From Myxococcota bacterium (GTDB taxonomy: Bacteria > Myxococcota_A > SURF-8), in assembly GCA_963674735.2 (NCBI GenBank), contig CAXXQS010000002.1, positions 1,984,001 through 2,048,000 on the forward strand: a stretch of 64,000 nucleotides of DNA, written 5' to 3'. A program made the position numbers and the translations under genes. Below, in pieces: positions 47,400 through 57,519 of this stretch. Numbering within the stretch: position 1 is the first letter of the stretch; each line of letters begins with the position of its first letter. The notes under the pieces are model-generated. The model worked only from the letters and a program-made list of their open reading frames with translations, did not search any database and had not been told where the DNA came from.

Positions 47400-49608
47400 C
47401 GCTTTCTCCTTCGGCAGCGGTGCCGTGGACACGCGGGGCTAAGCGCGTAATCGAAAAACGGGTGAGCGGAACCTGCGCGCCGTACTCGCTGGGCCAGTTG
47501 TAGGGGCGCGTTCGCCAGTTCCATTCTTCCAGCACTGGCTGGTTACGGGTGATCCAATCGCCATCGTCTTCGCCGGACAGGTGCGCGTCAAGTCCGCGGT
47601 AGAACAGCACGCAGTCGGCTTCGATGTCCAGCTTGCGTAGCTGATCGAGTACCGGGATGTGTTCCAGGGGACGGACCACGGCGCGTTCGCGGTCGCCGCC
47701 GAATAGGACCAGGTGCCGGTCGCGGTGGCCCGCCGCGCGTTTGGGGGCGGACATGGCGGTGAACAGGCAATGGGGATAGCGTGCGGTGAGGTCGAGCAGA
47801 TGCCGGACTTCGACCTGCACGCTGCGTGCGTGCAGCGACGGCCCCTGCCAGTAGTCCAGGCGGTCCTGCCAATAAAACGGCGCATCGGTTCCCAGCGGCA
47901 GGGGAACGAACAGCAGCAGACCGACGAGAATCGTTGCGAAACGCCGCTGCTGTTTCCACGTTGCCGGAATCATCGGAAGCAGTTCGCGCCAACCAAACAA
48001 TGCCAGCAACAGCACCAGGGGCATCAGCGCCGTCGAATGGCGCACCAAGACCAGAAAGACGTCCACCCGCGCCACGATGTAAAGCTTGAATAACAGCAGC
48101 GTGCCCAAAGCGGCGACGAGTGCGGGCCCGCCCCGGCGCAAGGTTGTCAGACATCCGAAGATGGCCAGAAAAACGAGTCCGGGAGGCAAAATGTGTCCCC
48201 AATAGCCGATCATGCTGAGCACAAAGGGCTCCAGCGGGTCGGGCACTCCAGACAGCCACCCCGCGTGCAAAGCTGCCGGGAGCGGCGCGGCTTCGATCCC
48301 TTCAACCAGGAGCTGACTCATCGATAACGCGGTTCCGCCCGGAAGCCAGGATAAAACCGGGGCCGCAAAATTGTGGAAGGCTTTGGCGTTGTAGCCCAGC
48401 CAATGGTGGTTGCCCAGTTGGGACTCGCCCGAAACGGCGACGGCGTAGAACGTCAGTCCCAGCGCGGCCAGCGCGATCAACAGTTTGCTTCCGGACGGCG
48501 TGGACGGTTTGCCCGCCAACCAGGTGTGGCGCTTTTCCAGCCCCAGCCAGCCTAAAGCCAGCAGGCCCGGGATGGCATACTCGTAGCGCAAAAGTCCGGC
48601 AAAGACCGTGGCCATGAGCATCAGTATCCAGGCGCGGCGCGGAAAACGCCGGTCTGTGGCTTGATACAAACCGAAGGTCGCCGTGCCCAGGAGAAATAAG
48701 AAGGTGACCAGCGTCGCGGATAACTCGGAGTGGGCGGCGTTGTACATGGGCCAGTTCACGAAAAACCAACCGACAAACAAAAGCGCCCAGGGACTCCGGC
48801 CGATGAGCCGCCAGGCGATGCCCAAAAACAGCAAGGCGTTGACGACGGCGAGGATCAGGTTGGCCGTCGCCACCCGCCGTACATCGCCGCGACCGCCGCC
48901 GGATAGCGCGGATACCCAGATCCGAAATCCCTGGGCGGCATGGACGCCTTCACCGTAAAGATGCTTGATGTTCTGTTCGGTATTGCCTTCATGCATCACC
49001 GTCACCCGCTGCGCCAACTGAGTGGGCAAATCGAACACGACGGCGGCGGCGATGAGAGCGAAAAGCGCCAACACGATCGCAAGAGCCAACGATCGCGCCC
49101 AGGGAAAGCGAATCAGCAGCGCGCGACCGACGGATAGCACCACCGCCAGGAAAACGAGCGCCAAAGCCAGCAGCGCGATGAGGTGCGTTTTCGATACCAG
49201 AACGCTGGTAAGGCTGCGCTTGGGTTGGGAAATCTTTTTCAACGCCGGAAGAGCGTCGCCCTTTGTTTCGAGTTTGCGGATGTGATTCGTGACGGCGGTG
49301 AGCAACGCTATCGACGGTACGGAACCGGGAGCCGGTTGCACGCAGTAAAGGCGTGTGCTCAAAGGGCAATCGGTTTGGCGACGATAGGTGATTTCCACCG
49401 TTACGGCCGGATCGGGGTCGAAGGTCAGACGGATGAATTCGGGGTGACGTTGAATGCTGCGCAGGGTCCACTCACCGATGGATTCACCGACGTTCCAGGC
49501 TAGGGCGTCGTTCGACGGCACGGCGGGTTCGGGCTGCGCGGCGAGACCGACCGGGATTAAAAGCAGTCCCAGCGCCAGAACGAGCAGGATGCAGCTTCGG
49601 TTCATCAT
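47392..49608 (-). CDS. Polytopic membrane protein, GT-C-like glycosyltransferase candidate
   Basis: Signal peptide, soluble N-domain, more than 10 TM segments with loop motifs HEG, HSE, LRYE, and a C-terminal soluble domain. Coupled to wzx by an ATGA overlap. Confidence 0.55.
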   Translation of the reverse strand: MMNRSCILLVLALGLLLIPVGLAAQPEPAVPSNDALAWNVGESIGEWTLRSIQRHPEFIRLTFDPDPAVTVEITYRRQTDCPLSTRLYCVQPAPGSVPSIALLTAVTNHIRKLETKGDALPALKKISQPKRSLTSVLVSKTHLIALLALALVFLAVVLSVGRALLIRFPWARSLALAIVLALFALIAAAVVFDLPTQLAQRVTVMHEGNTEQNIKHLYGEGVHAAQGFRIWVSALSGGGRGDVRRVATANLILAVVNALLFLGIAWRLIGRSPWALLFVGWFFVNWPMYNAAHSELSATLVTFLFLLGTATFGLYQATDRRFPRRAWILMLMATVFAGLLRYEYAIPGLLALGWLGLEKRHTWLAGKPSTPSGSKLLIALAALGLTFYAVAVSGESQLGNHHWLGYNAKAFHNFAAPVLSWLPGGTALSMSQLLVEGIEAAPLPAALHAGWLSGVPDPLEPFVLSMIGYWGHILPPGLVFLAIFGCLTTLRRGGPALVAALGTLLLFKLYIVARVDVFLVLVRHSTALMPLVLLLALFGWRELLPMIPATWKQQRRFATILVGLLLFVPLPLGTDAPFYWQDRLDYWQGPSLHARSVQVEVRHLLDLTARYPHCLFTAMSAPKRAAGHRDRHLVLFGGDRERAVVRPLEHIPVLDQLRKLDIEADCVLFYRGLDAHLSGEDDGDWITRNQPVLEEWNWRTRPYNWPSEYGAQVPLTRFSITRLAPRVHGTAAEGESDD

Positions 49609-51095
49609 GGCGTTCCCGCTTGCTTTCGGGTGACGCGATTCCACAGTTCACGCAGCTTGCGTTTTTCATCCTCGCCGTAAAAACGCAGGGGGACAAGCAA
49701 GGCCGGATAAGTGAGCACGATGGCTGTTTTGGCCAGCAAATTCAAGATATGCGAACCGGTTTCGATCGACCCGGCGGCAGCGGCGCAGACGAAGGCGGCC
49801 ACGGCAAGCTTGGTGATGCGGCCGACCTGGTAGGTGACGGGGAACAGACGCTGGGAAACGAAATAAGCCGAAGCGGCCATGAAGGTATAGGCCCCCAACA
49901 ACCCGGCCACGGCGCCCCAGGTGCCGATGATGGGAATGAGAGTGATGTTGAGCCCGGCATTGATCAGCAAGGTGAAGAGAATGATCAGCAGTCGCCAATG
50001 GGTTTTGTTGGTGATGTCGATGCCGAAACAGAACACACGGTAGGCTCCGAAAATCGCCCAGCTCAACCCGATGGCTCCCACATACAGCGTGGCATCCTGG
50101 TAACGCGCGTCGACCAGAATGGCCAGAGTGTCGCCGATCAGCGCCGCCAGTCCGATGCAGGCGAACAAGGCCACGAAAACGAAATAGGTGAGGACGTTTC
50201 CGTAAATGCGGTCGGCCTGCGGATCGGAGGCCAGCTTGTATTTCATGGGCGCCCAGGTCATGTCGAAGGGTGTAACCACCAGCAGGTTGATGGCCGAGCC
50301 GAACTGCAGCGCCAGGGAGAAAATCCCCACCTCGGCCAAGGTGCCGAAGGTCTTGAGAAAGTACAGATTGGACGATCCGATCAGGTAGCCCGCCACGTTG
50401 GCGGGCATCAGCGGCAGTCCGAACCTGAGCACCTTGCGCAGAATGTCCCGATCGAGTTGACCGATGGCCTGGCGCGCCACCACCGGTGTGAGAGTAAGCG
50501 CCACCGCCAGTTGGCTGAACAGCGCGGCCAGCAGGACGCCGAACACCCCCCAGCCGATGTGCACCACAAACAGGATATTCAACCCCAAAGACAAGGCGAG
50601 TTGCAGAACCGACAACAGGGCGTACAACCCCGAACGTTCCTCGGCGCGCAGGTAGGCCAGAAAAAACGTCGATACGCCGCCTGCCAGCATGGTTCCTGCC
50701 GCCACGCGGAACAACCGGGCCTCCTCGGCGCTGTCGAGCAGCCATTCGGCCATGAACGGCGCGGCGGCAAACAAGGCCATTCCGCCCAAGGCCAACGGTA
50801 CGGTCAGACAGATGAAGCAGGTGGCCACGATCTGGCGTTTCTTATCTTCGGCGGCGAGTTGATAGAAAAAGCGGTAGAAGGCTTCCACCACGCCCAGCGA
50901 ACCCACAATCGTGAGGATCTGCAGGGTAATGCTCACCAGCCGCAGGCGGCCGTAACCCTCGGGGGGGATGTAGCGCGTGTAGAGCGGCGTGAGCAACAGC
51001 GCCAGTGCGCTCGTGCCCACAAAACCCAGTCCATAGATGAGCGTATGGCGCAGGATGCGTTTCATGTGGCCACTCATGGTGGTCGGTTCAGCCAC
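49605..51095 (-). CDS. wzx: Oligosaccharide flippase (Wzx, MOP superfamily)
   Basis: LLTPLYTRYIPPEGYG, LRFGLPL, EVGIFSLA, LNITLIP..G..GA; many TM segments. Confidence 0.88.
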   Translation of the reverse strand: MAEPTTMSGHMKRILRHTLIYGLGFVGTSALALLLTPLYTRYIPPEGYGRLRLVSITLQILTIVGSLGVVEAFYRFFYQLAAEDKKRQIVATCFICLTVPLALGGMALFAAAPFMAEWLLDSAEEARLFRVAAGTMLAGGVSTFFLAYLRAEERSGLYALLSVLQLALSLGLNILFVVHIGWGVFGVLLAALFSQLAVALTLTPVVARQAIGQLDRDILRKVLRFGLPLMPANVAGYLIGSSNLYFLKTFGTLAEVGIFSLALQFGSAINLLVVTPFDMTWAPMKYKLASDPQADRIYGNVLTYFVFVALFACIGLAALIGDTLAILVDARYQDATLYVGAIGLSWAIFGAYRVFCFGIDITNKTHWRLLIILFTLLINAGLNITLIPIIGTWGAVAGLLGAYTFMAASAYFVSQRLFPVTYQVGRITKLAVAAFVCAAAAGSIETGSHILNLLAKTAIVLTYPALLVPLRFYGEDEKRKLRELWNRVTRKQAGTP

Positions 51096-52554
51096 GGTCG
51101 GTCCATTTCGGCGCGGCCTCGTAGGGTCCGCGGATCGGGAGATGCTGGATCAGATGGCGCATCTTGCCGGATTGGGTTTTCGGGATGTGCTCGACATATT
51201 CCACCGTGATACGGAGCTGGCCGCGGGCGTTGCGGGTGAATTCGTCGAGCAACTCGCGTTCGTCGTCGTCGCCGTAACCCGGTCCTTTCACTACGCGGAA
51301 GACGATCTCGCCCGCCCGCTTCTGCTCGAATTGCATGGCCTGCATGCGGGCGTAGGCGTGCATGTGGCGGCCGAAGGAGAAAGCCGTCAAGGGGAGATAG
51401 CCGCCGTCGGCTTTTACCAGCACGTCCTGCCCGCGTCCCAGAACCGGTCCGAGCACGGGAAAGTCGAAGCCGAAGCCGTCGTCGCGTGCGGCGGTATAGT
51501 GGACGAAGTCGTCGGTGCGATAGCGGATCAGCGGAAATGCGTAGGCGTGGAATGAGGTTCCCACGATTTCAGCGACCGCGCCCTCGCGGGTAACGGGCTG
51601 TCCGTCCGAATCGAGTCGCTCCAGAAGCCCGTATTCGGGCGGGATATGGTAGGTGTGGGTGTGCGGACCTTCGGGAGCGTAGGCCACCGTTTCGGCCTGG
51701 CCGTAATGGCTGAAGACGCGGCAGTGGAAGGTTTCTTCCAGATACGTCCGCTGATGCGGGTATACCGGTTCCGAGCCGAGCAGAATGGCGCTGAGGCGTA
51801 CCGGCAGCTCCAGGTTGTGATCGTTGAGCACCTGGGCCAGCAGCAGCGCCGAAGTGGCGTAAGCGTGAATGAAGCGCGGGCGAAAGCGTCGGATGGCGCG
51901 CAATGCGCCCGTCATCTCTTGCTTACCGATGGCGTAAGGGCTCAAAAGCATCACGCGGCCCGTTGCGTCCACCTCCCAGGTCTGTCCGCGATCCAGCCGT
52001 TTGTCGCTTACCACGTTGCCGCGGACCTGCAAGATGCGGTCGCCCGGTTTGTATCCGACCCAGCTCCACGAGCGCAGGCCGAAGGCATTCTCGATATCCC
52101 AGAACCGGTCTTCTTTCAGCAGCGCCAGAGGTTCGCCGGTGGACCCACCGCTGGTGAGTTCGGACACCCCGGATTTGAAAGGCAGCGTTTCGGCTTGGAG
52201 ATCGGCGAAATGGTTGCGGACGTCCTGTTTGCTCAGCGTCGGGATTTTTTCGATATAGTCGAGGTCGTGGCAGTCGCCGGCACGCAGCCCGTGCTCGGCA
52301 AAAAGGCGGCGATAGTAGGGAACCTGGGTTTCGACGTGGGCCAGGAGCGCCTGCAGGCGTTCAAGCTGGTATTCCTGGTGGCGTTCGAAGGGCCAGTGTT
52401 GGCTTTTCTGTAGAAAATCCCACCAGTTACGAAAGAACGGCGAATAAAGATAACGCCCTGGAATCCAGGGATAGATCAGCCGTTCGCGGCTGCGGCGCAA
52501 AAGCGTTCCCAGCCCGGGCGTTCGACCGATGGTGTGTTTGAGTCGCGTCAACAT
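51088..52554 (-). CDS. CapK / phenylacetate-CoA ligase-like adenylate-forming enzyme
   Basis: VPYYR, TSGGSTGEP, HYGQAE, FPLIRYRTDD, GR..D, IPKTQSGK; start ATG 52554 after AAGGA. Confidence 0.88.
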   Translation of the reverse strand: MLTRLKHTIGRTPGLGTLLRRSRERLIYPWIPGRYLYSPFFRNWWDFLQKSQHWPFERHQEYQLERLQALLAHVETQVPYYRRLFAEHGLRAGDCHDLDYIEKIPTLSKQDVRNHFADLQAETLPFKSGVSELTSGGSTGEPLALLKEDRFWDIENAFGLRSWSWVGYKPGDRILQVRGNVVSDKRLDRGQTWEVDATGRVMLLSPYAIGKQEMTGALRAIRRFRPRFIHAYATSALLLAQVLNDHNLELPVRLSAILLGSEPVYPHQRTYLEETFHCRVFSHYGQAETVAYAPEGPHTHTYHIPPEYGLLERLDSDGQPVTREGAVAEIVGTSFHAYAFPLIRYRTDDFVHYTAARDDGFGFDFPVLGPVLGRGQDVLVKADGGYLPLTAFSFGRHMHAYARMQAMQFEQKRAGEIVFRVVKGPGYGDDDERELLDEFTRNARGQLRITVEYVEHIPKTQSGKMRHLIQHLPIRGPYEAAPKWTDRG

Positions 52555-52826
52555 GCCTGTTCCTTTTGGTGATCGGCGTCGGCTTCGGTGGCGCTCTGTT
52601 TTATACGGCGCAATCCGGTTGATCATCAATGGGGCCATGCTAGCACAAATCGGCGTGGTGCATCAAAGTCGATTTGCGCTTGATGCGCGTTTTGCGCGAT
52701 TTTATGTCGGAGCCAAAACTATTTTCATTCCGCACCGTTGCGTTAGGCAACTAACGGAATCCGGGCCTTGTCGACGACGAAACGGCTTGTTTCGGCGGCT
52801 CGATCCGATAAATGGGCGTCGAAACA

Positions 52827-52855
52827 TTGGCAGACGGCGCGCGGTCGCCTATAAT
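52827..52855 (+). promoter_or_regulatory. Sigma-70-type promoter
   Basis: TTGGCA-N17-TATAAT. Confidence 0.55.
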
Positions 52856-52904
52856 GCCCCATCAGCGATTGTGACAAACCGGCCTAAGTGTCGAGGAGCA
52901 GGGG

Positions 52905-55064
52905 ATGAAGCAGGTATTTATCACGAACAATAACCGTGTGGTGGTCGAAAACGTCCCCGCCCCCGCTTGTCCGGCGAAGGGACTGCTGGTGGAGACACGT
53001 TACAGCCTCATCAGTACCGGCACCGAAGTGGGCGTACTGAAGTCGGCCGCCAAGGCGACATTGATCGACAATCTTCAAGCCCGTTCGAAGCTGGTGATGA
53101 AGGGTGTGCGCAAGTTGGCGCGCGACGGCGTTCGCCGCACATGGCGGGCGGTGGAAGCTCAGGATGCCGTGGCCGATACGCCGGGTTACTCGCTGGCGGG
53201 GCGCGTGCTGGAAGTGGGCGTGGACGTGACGGAATTCGCGGCGGGTGACTGGGTGGCCTGCGCCGGAACCGGCCATGCTTCTCATGCCGAGGTGGTGGCC
53301 GTTCCCGTCAATTTGGCGGTGCGTATTCCCGAGCGTGTTGCGCCCGACCAGGCGGCGTTTGCCACGGTGGGAGCCATTGCCATGCAAGGCGTGCGGCGGG
53401 CGGAGATTCGTCTGGGGGAAACGGTCGTGGTGATCGGCTTAGGCCTCATCGGACTGATGGCGGTACAACTGGCACGTGCCTCCGGGGCGCGGGTGCTGGG
53501 CATCGAACCGTCTGCGCCGCGCCGTGACCTGGCGGAAAAACTGGGCGCGGAGGCCGTCTTTGCGCCGGGGGAGACCGCCGAACGCGACGTAGCGGCCTTT
53601 ACGGGTGGTTTCGGGGCCGATGCGGTGCTGTTGTGCGCCGCCTCCGCCGGATCGGAGCCCGCCAATGCGGCCTTGCGTATGACCCGCCAACGCGGCAAGG
53701 TGGTGTTTGTGGGCGGGGTGGGCCTGGATCTCGACCGCGAACCCTTTTACAAAAAAGATCTCGATTTGCACATCGGCAGTTCCTACGGTCCGGGGCGCTA
53801 TGATCCGGCCTTCGAGGAACGCGGGATCGATTATCCATACGGATACGTGCGCTGGACCGAACGGCGCAACCTGTCGGCCGTTCTCGACCTGATCCGCGAC
53901 GGCCGCCTGGAGGTGGGACCGCTGACTTCCGAATGCGTGCCGGTCCTGCGTGCCGCCGACGCCTTCGAAACGCTGGCCAAGGGCGACCCGGCCACCGTGG
54001 GGGTTCTGCTCGATTACGGCGACACGGGTGTGGAAACCGAGCGCAAGCTTTCACGCAGCCAGACCGCCTCCGCCGGACGTATCCATTTCGTGCGCGGACC
54101 GCGTGTCGGTGTGGCGCTGGTGGGCGCGGGCGGTTTCGGACGGTCGGTGTATCTGCCGATCGTGGATGATCTGCCCGGTGCGCAGTTACGGGCGATCGTT
54201 ACCGGTCATGGCCACAACGCGCAAACGCTGGCCAAATTGTATCACGCCGACATCGCCGCCTCCGATATCGAGGTTGTCTTGAAAGACGACCGCATCGATG
54301 CCGTTTTGATCGCGACGCGCAACCACCAGCATGAAAACATGGCGATTCGCGCCCTCGAAGCGGGCAAGCATGTCCTGGTCGAGAAACCCATGGCGGTGAC
54401 GCGGGCCGGTGTGGATGCCGTTTTGGCGGCCGCGGAGGCGGCCGAAGGCGTGTTCAGCGTCGGCCACAACCGGCGCTATGCCCAAACCGGTGAGGCGCTC
54501 AAACAAGCGCTTGCGGGTCGGGTGGGACCGCTGGCGGCGGTGTATCGCATCAATGCCGGATCGTCTCCGCCGGATCACTGGATGCATGTTCCCGGCGAGG
54601 GCGGCGGGCGGATCGTCAGCGAAGTCTGCCATTTCTTCGACTTCCTGCGCTTTCTGGTCGGCGGACCCGCCATCGCCATTCAAGCGGCCGGTTTCCCGGT
54701 GGATGGTCGACGGGTGCGGCGGCGCGAAGACGTGGCCGCCACGTTGCGTTTTGCCGATGGTTCCGTGGGTCAGGTGCTCTATGTGGCGACGGGCCACGAG
54801 GAACTTGAAAAAGAGCGGCTGGAGGTCTTCTGGGATGGCAAGGCGGCGGTGCTGGAGGATTTCAAAAATCTGACCATCCATGGGATGGATATCGAATCCA
54901 TCGTGGGTGAACAAGATAAAGGCTGGCGGGCGCAGCTCGAACGCTTTTTCCGTGCGGTGCGCGGCGAGCCTCACAACCTGGTGACGGCCCGTGAGGCGGC
55001 GGAGGCCGCTTACCTCACCTTTGATGTGCTGGAACAACTGACCGGCCGGGAAACCGGCGACTGA
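52905..55064 (+). CDS. Bi-domain oxidoreductase (MDR dehydrogenase + Gfo/Idh/MocA) of polysaccharide loci
   Basis: SLISTGTE, GLGLIG, SYGPGRYD..YP..YVRWTE, GAGGF, VEKPM, VGHNRR, EVCHFFD. Confidence 0.92.
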   Translation: MKQVFITNNNRVVVENVPAPACPAKGLLVETRYSLISTGTEVGVLKSAAKATLIDNLQARSKLVMKGVRKLARDGVRRTWRAVEAQDAVADTPGYSLAGRVLEVGVDVTEFAAGDWVACAGTGHASHAEVVAVPVNLAVRIPERVAPDQAAFATVGAIAMQGVRRAEIRLGETVVVIGLGLIGLMAVQLARASGARVLGIEPSAPRRDLAEKLGAEAVFAPGETAERDVAAFTGGFGADAVLLCAASAGSEPANAALRMTRQRGKVVFVGGVGLDLDREPFYKKDLDLHIGSSYGPGRYDPAFEERGIDYPYGYVRWTERRNLSAVLDLIRDGRLEVGPLTSECVPVLRAADAFETLAKGDPATVGVLLDYGDTGVETERKLSRSQTASAGRIHFVRGPRVGVALVGAGGFGRSVYLPIVDDLPGAQLRAIVTGHGHNAQTLAKLYHADIAASDIEVVLKDDRIDAVLIATRNHQHENMAIRALEAGKHVLVEKPMAVTRAGVDAVLAAAEAAEGVFSVGHNRRYAQTGEALKQALAGRVGPLAAVYRINAGSSPPDHWMHVPGEGGGRIVSEVCHFFDFLRFLVGGPAIAIQAAGFPVDGRRVRRREDVAATLRFADGSVGQVLYVATGHEELEKERLEVFWDGKAAVLEDFKNLTIHGMDIESIVGEQDKGWRAQLERFFRAVRGEPHNLVTAREAAEAAYLTFDVLEQLTGRETGD

Positions 55065-55077
55065 AAGACGGCGGACG

Positions 55078-56016
55078 ATGATCGGACGAGCGAAAGAATG
55101 GGTGAAAGCGGTCCTGCCCGACGAGGTGCTGGACGAGCTGAAGGGGCGTCGCGATGCCTGGCGCAAAAAGCGCCGCGAGGCGCAAAAACCGCAGCCGCCG
55201 CTCTCGAAAGAACGATTGGCCGATATTATCCGCCGTGACCTGCGGGTGGGTCTGGGCGACACGGTCTTCGTGCATTCGGCCATGGGCATGATCAACCCCG
55301 CTTTTCATCCGTCCGAGATTCTCGACCTCTTGTTCGAGATCGTCGGACCCGAGGGCACGCTGCTGTTTCCCACCTACCCCAACGCGTCTTCCGAGGCGTT
55401 CTTGCGCTCGGGGCAGGTGTTCAACCAAAACGAGGACGCCTCGTATACGGGCCTGCTCACCGAGTTGGCCCGTCGGCATCCGGGGGCGCGCCGCAGCCTG
55501 CACCCGACCAAATCGGTTTGCGCCATCGGCCCCTTGGCGGAGCGTCTTGTGTCTACGCACCACGAATCGCCTTTTCCCTACAGTTTGGCGAGTCCGTACG
55601 CGAAAATCGTGCCGGAAGACGGCAAGGTGATCGGCCTGGGCGTGTTTACGAAAAACATGTCGTTTGTGCATACGGTGGATGACGCGCTGGGCGAGCGCTT
55701 TCCCGTGCAGCCGTATCTGCGCGAAATGTTCCAGGCGCGCTGCGTCGAGGCCGACGGGCGCGAGCGCATCGTCCCGACTTACTCGCACGATCCCAAAAAG
55801 ATGACGCACGATGTTCCGGCCTATATGAAGGCGCATATTCCCTCTCAGCTCTGCGAGGATCGCGTGATCGACAACCGGCCGTTTTTTAGTGCCGAGGCCG
55901 CTCCGCTTTTCAAACGCATGGTCGAACTGGCCGAGCAAGGCGTCACCATCTATCCCTCATCGGCCTACAAGTGGAGCCATCGCTTCATCGGGCGCGGCTT
56001 GCGGGCCGGGCGCTAG
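55078..56016 (+). CDS. AAC(3)-family N-acyltransferase
   Basis: GDTVFVHS, GTLLFPTY, RSLHPTKSVCAIG, SFVHTVD. Confidence 0.88.
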   Translation: MIGRAKEWVKAVLPDEVLDELKGRRDAWRKKRREAQKPQPPLSKERLADIIRRDLRVGLGDTVFVHSAMGMINPAFHPSEILDLLFEIVGPEGTLLFPTYPNASSEAFLRSGQVFNQNEDASYTGLLTELARRHPGARRSLHPTKSVCAIGPLAERLVSTHHESPFPYSLASPYAKIVPEDGKVIGLGVFTKNMSFVHTVDDALGERFPVQPYLREMFQARCVEADGRERIVPTYSHDPKKMTHDVPAYMKAHIPSQLCEDRVIDNRPFFSAEAAPLFKRMVELAEQGVTIYPSSAYKWSHRFIGRGLRAGR

Positions 56017-56025
56017 GGGAGTGGA

Positions 56026-57519
56026 TTGATGACAGCCGTCCGACACACCCTGGTTTTCGCTGTTTTGCTGGTCGTCATAGTCGGCTTTGGCTATATCGCG
56101 TCGTTGCCGCAAAACCTCAAACTGATCGTTTTGATGGTGGCGGCAGGGCTGGTGGGCTTTGCATGGGTGCGTCCGCGTTGGACGATCTATGCCTGGATGG
56201 CATTGTCCGCCTCTTTGTGGCAGATCTGGCATCAGAACATTTCAGCGCGTCTGAGCATTCATTCCGCAACGGCGCTGATGCTTGGGCTTATGCTGCTGGT
56301 CAAATGGGCCTCCAACCGAAAATGGCCGCGTATCGAAATCTGGGAGTTTATGTGGCCGCTATTCGCTATCGTCTGCATGCTCTCGGCTGCGCGTGAAGTG
56401 GTTCTTATCTCGCAGTCGCCGTTGTTTTTATTCCGCTATCTCTTTTTGCCTTTCGTGTTTTATCTGTTTGGACGCGAATATCTGGCGAATTGGAATGAAT
56501 TTCGTATCCTTGCCTTGATCTCCGTCTGCGTCGGGATCATAATGGCGGGGATCGGATATTACGAATACACTACCGGTCATTACCTCTGGTATACGACGAC
56601 CGAAACCGCCTATGTCAACATGGCTTTCGGACCCTACAACGATCCCGCCCGTTATGGCCTGATGCAGGTGATCGCGTTTTTCATGGCGGCCTTTTTGTTT
56701 CGCAATCTCAAACGCACGGCTCCGGGATTTCGGGGTAAACGGGTGTTTTTGGTGCTGGCCATGGTGCTCACCGCCTATTCCTCGCTGCTGTCCTCCGAAC
56801 GCGCCTTGATGCTGGCGTTTGCGGTGGCGGTGGCCGTGAATCTCTTCTATCTGCAGCGGCGCTTGATTGCGGTCGGAATGGCCGGGGTGGTGATTCTGAT
56901 TATCATGTTCAATTTGGAATTGACCATCGACGAAAGTTTTATCGAGCACAAGATGAACGTCTCGGACGCTTCGGTGAAACGGCGCGTGGCCCAATACATC
57001 AGCGCGCTGCGCATTTTCAAGGAAGAGCCGCTTTTCGGCGTCGGCTATCGTTATTTTTCCAATCCTCGCCGCGTGGACGAATTCGTGTCCAATTTCGGGG
57101 GCGTGTCATCGCGTGGCAAGTTGATCCATAATTCGCTGCTCGATATCCTGGCCTCCAACGGACTGGTGGCTTTTGTTCCCTACCTTATTTTTCTCATTGC
57201 GCTTTTCGTTGTTTTACGCCGGTCGGTGGGATTGACTCGCGATGGACCGTTCCATACGCTGGCGCTGACCGGTTTCGTGATTTTCATTGCTCAGCAGGTG
57301 CTTAATCAGGCTTTCGTGTCGGTTTATTCGGAAGAATTGAACACGGTTACGTTCTTGATCTTCGGTTCGGTCATCGGCAACTACCATCGCGTGCAGGCTG
57401 AAGAGGCGCAAGCGAAGTTTGACGGAGACGTTATGGAGTCCCGGGCCTTGGAAGATTTGGGAGAATCGGCTGTCAATCCTGTGCCGGACCGGTCCGCTCA
57501 AGGGAATGAAGCGGTATGA
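56026..57519 (+). CDS. O-antigen ligase / Wzy-like polymerase
   Basis: About 12 TM segments; GPYNDP, SSER, PLFGVG, IHNSLLDILASNGLV. Confidence 0.85.
   Translation: MMTAVRHTLVFAVLLVVIVGFGYIASLPQNLKLIVLMVAAGLVGFAWVRPRWTIYAWMALSASLWQIWHQNISARLSIHSATALMLGLMLLVKWASNRKWPRIEIWEFMWPLFAIVCMLSAAREVVLISQSPLFLFRYLFLPFVFYLFGREYLANWNEFRILALISVCVGIIMAGIGYYEYTTGHYLWYTTTETAYVNMAFGPYNDPARYGLMQVIAFFMAAFLFRNLKRTAPGFRGKRVFLVLAMVLTAYSSLLSSERALMLAFAVAVAVNLFYLQRRLIAVGMAGVVILIIMFNLELTIDESFIEHKMNVSDASVKRRVAQYISALRIFKEEPLFGVGYRYFSNPRRVDEFVSNFGGVSSRGKLIHNSLLDILASNGLVAFVPYLIFLIALFVVLRRSVGLTRDGPFHTLALTGFVIFIAQQVLNQAFVSVYSEELNTVTFLIFGSVIGNYHRVQAEEAQAKFDGDVMESRALEDLGESAVNPVPDRSAQGNEAV

Noticed and set aside
49620-51209. 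529-aa plus-strand ORF and similar long antisense ORFs
   Set aside because: Antisense shadows of well-supported genes in GC-rich DNA, with no recognisable motifs.
55078-56016. AAC(3) and CatB-like genes as antibiotic-resistance determinants
   Set aside because: Both are embedded in glycan loci with no mobile-element context; sugar acylation is the simpler explanation.
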